The translations under genes were made by a program, and so were the position numbers. The notes below the pieces were generated by a model, which saw only the letters and a program-made list of their open reading frames with translations, searched no databases and had not been told where the DNA came from. Source: Vicinamibacterales bacterium (GTDB taxonomy: Bacteria > Acidobacteriota > Vicinamibacteria > Vicinamibacterales > 2-12-FULL-66-21). Taken from it: DNA of 64,000 bases. The first letter of the stretch is position 1. Every line of letters begins with the position of its first letter. The DNA lies in NCBI GenBank assembly GCA_035495555.1, contig DATJFQ010000042.1:75893-139892 (forward strand). Reading direction: 5' to 3'. Below, piece by piece: positions 62,862 to 64,000 of the stretch.

Positions 62862-64000
62862 ATGGCCCATACGACGCCTGACGCCCGCATCCTGATCGCC
62901 GACGATCAACAGGACATCATCGACGCGCTCAAGCTGTTGCTCGTCGACGAGGGATATGAGGTCACCCCGGCACGCTCGCCGGCCGAAGCGCTCGAGCGCC
63001 TCGAGGCGTCCGACTGCGACCTCGCCGTCCTCGACCTCAATTACACCCGGGACACGACGTCCGGCCAGGAAGGCTATGACCTGATCGAGCGGCTCCGCGC
63101 GCTCGATCCGACACTCCCGATTCTCGTCATGACCGCCTGGAGCAGTATCGCGGGCGCCGTCGAAGCGATGCGCCGCGGCGCACGCGATTACATCGAGAAA
63201 CCCTGGGACGACGAGAAACTCCTCGCGACCGTCCGGACGCAGATCGAGCTTCGCCGTGCGGTCCGTCGCAACCATCGGCTGCAGGAAGCAAACACGCGCC
63301 TCCAGCGCGGCGTGACGCCGCCCTTTATTGGCGAAACGGCCGCCATCCGTGAGGTGCGGCAGACCATCGAGCGGATCGCACCGTCCGATGCAAGCGTCCT
63401 GATCACCGGCGAGCACGGAACGGGCAAAGAGGTCGTCGCGGCCTGGGTGCACGGGCTGAGCGATCGGAGAAACAAGCCGCTCGTCACGATGAATGCGGGC
63501 GGGCTCGCCGAAGGGATCGCGGAGAGCGAGCTGTTCGGGCACGTGAAGGGGGCGTTCACCGACGCCCGGGTCGACCGCATCGGCTGCTTCGAGATGGCGG
63601 ACGAGGGCACGCTGTTCCTCGATGAAATCGCGAACATGCCGGTGCGGCTGCAGGCCAAGCTGCTGCGCGTCCTGCAGACGGGCGAGGTGCAGCGTGTCGG
63701 CTCGTCGCGGCTGCGCTACGTCAACGTGCGCATGCTCTCGGCCACCAACGCCGACCTCCAGGCGGAGATTGCCGCGGGACGGTTTCGCGAGGACCTGCTG
63801 TATCGCCTGAATACCGTCGTGATTCACCTGCCGCCTCTCCGGGAGCGGAAGGACGACATCGAGCCGCTCGCGCGGCACTTCCTCGCGCATTATGCCGCTC
63901 GGTACCGGAAGCCGTTGACGGGATTCGCTGGAGACGCGATCTCCGCCCTTCGCGAACACCCGTGGCCAGGAAATGTCCGGGAGCTGGCGCACGCGGTCGA
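62862..64000 (+). CDS. Sigma-54-dependent response regulator (NtrC family), 3-prime truncated by the window end. It is absent from the ORF track because it has no stop in the window.
   Basis: My own translation from ATG 62862: MAHTTPDARILIADDQQDIIDALK... receiver domain, then an AAA+ domain with GEHGTGKE, ESELFGHVKGAFTDA and GTLFLDEI. The track's 62853..63992 minus-strand ORF is its antisense shadow. Confidence 0.85.
   Translation, partial: MAHTTPDARILIADDQQDIIDALKLLLVDEGYEVTPARSPAEALERLEASDCDLAVLDLNYTRDTTSGQEGYDLIERLRALDPTLPILVMTAWSSIAGAVEAMRRGARDYIEKPWDDEKLLATVRTQIELRRAVRRNHRLQEANTRLQRGVTPPFIGETAAIREVRQTIERIAPSDASVLITGEHGTGKEVVAAWVHGLSDRRNKPLVTMNAGGLAEGIAESELFGHVKGAFTDARVDRIGCFEMADEGTLFLDEIANMPVRLQAKLLRVLQTGEVQRVGSSRLRYVNVRMLSATNADLQAEIAAGRFREDLLYRLNTVVIHLPPLRERKDDIEPLARHFLAHYAARYRKPLTGFAGDAISALREHPWPGNVRELAHAV

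Noticed and set aside
62853-63992. 379-aa minus-strand ORF listed in the track
   Set aside because: The plus strand encodes a textbook NtrC-type regulator (receiver plus AAA+ motifs) that is missing from the track only because it runs off the window end. The minus-strand ORF is its shadow.
1-64000. tRNA, rRNA, tmRNA, IS elements, integrases, toxin-antitoxin pairs and known defence-system genes
   Set aside because: I scanned by eye for T-loop-like GGTTCGAATCC words, rRNA-like segments, transposase/integrase motifs and short paired ORFs. I found none. The only GAATCC-rich stretch is the low-complexity inverted repeat. A tRNAscan/Infernal run would be needed to be certain.

Overview
High-GC bacterial chromosomal segment. 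It is probably from an Acidobacteria-type genome, because it encodes an ADOP-type duplicated FtsX permease and two VWFA proteins of the acidobacterial type. I call about 60 CDS. I saw no rRNA, tRNA, IS/transposase, integrase, prophage or CRISPR array. Most of the long 'extra' ORFs in the six-frame track are antisense or off-frame shadow ORFs, which are typical of GC-rich DNA. The window falls into four blocks. (1) About 1-25 kb is an atypical glycoconjugate island. It holds four GT-C-like membrane glycosyltransferases, a Ppm1/Dpm1-like polyprenyl-phosphate-sugar synthase, a Wzx-like flippase, a GT4, two methyltransferases, a GNAT, a deacetylase-like protein, an SDR epimerase/dehydratase and three radical SAM enzymes (two SPASM, one B12-binding). 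It also holds a secreted protein with six Cys-pair mini-domain repeats joined by Thr-rich linkers. (2) About 25-28.6 kb carries a cupin, a fused E1 alpha/beta dehydrogenase and a beta-propeller-like secreted protein. (3) 28.97-37.58 kb on the minus strand is the most interesting part: a tightly coupled 11-gene gas-vesicle (gvp) operon ordered gvpJ-like, gvpA, GAF/PAS histidine kinase, stand-alone receiver, gvpF/L, gvpG, tandem-duplicated ArsA/Get3-type ATPase, gvpF/L, gvpM/J-like, gvpF/L, gvpK. No gvpN, gvpC or gvpO is present in the window. (4) The remainder is housekeeping: zwf-opcA-gnd, an ECF sigma/anti-sigma/HEAT module, typA, a partial atp operon (atpZ-I-B-E), a desaturase, a heme block (ccsA-like, hemA, hemC, cobA/hemD, hemB), the ADOP permease, and a divergent pair of response regulators (a PP2C phosphatase and a sigma-54 activator truncated at the window end). 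Several intergenic regions are filled by unusual low-complexity dyad or tandem elements: a roughly 330-bp AATCC/GGATT inverted repeat, a 10-unit heptamer array, and CCAA/TTGG hairpin elements.
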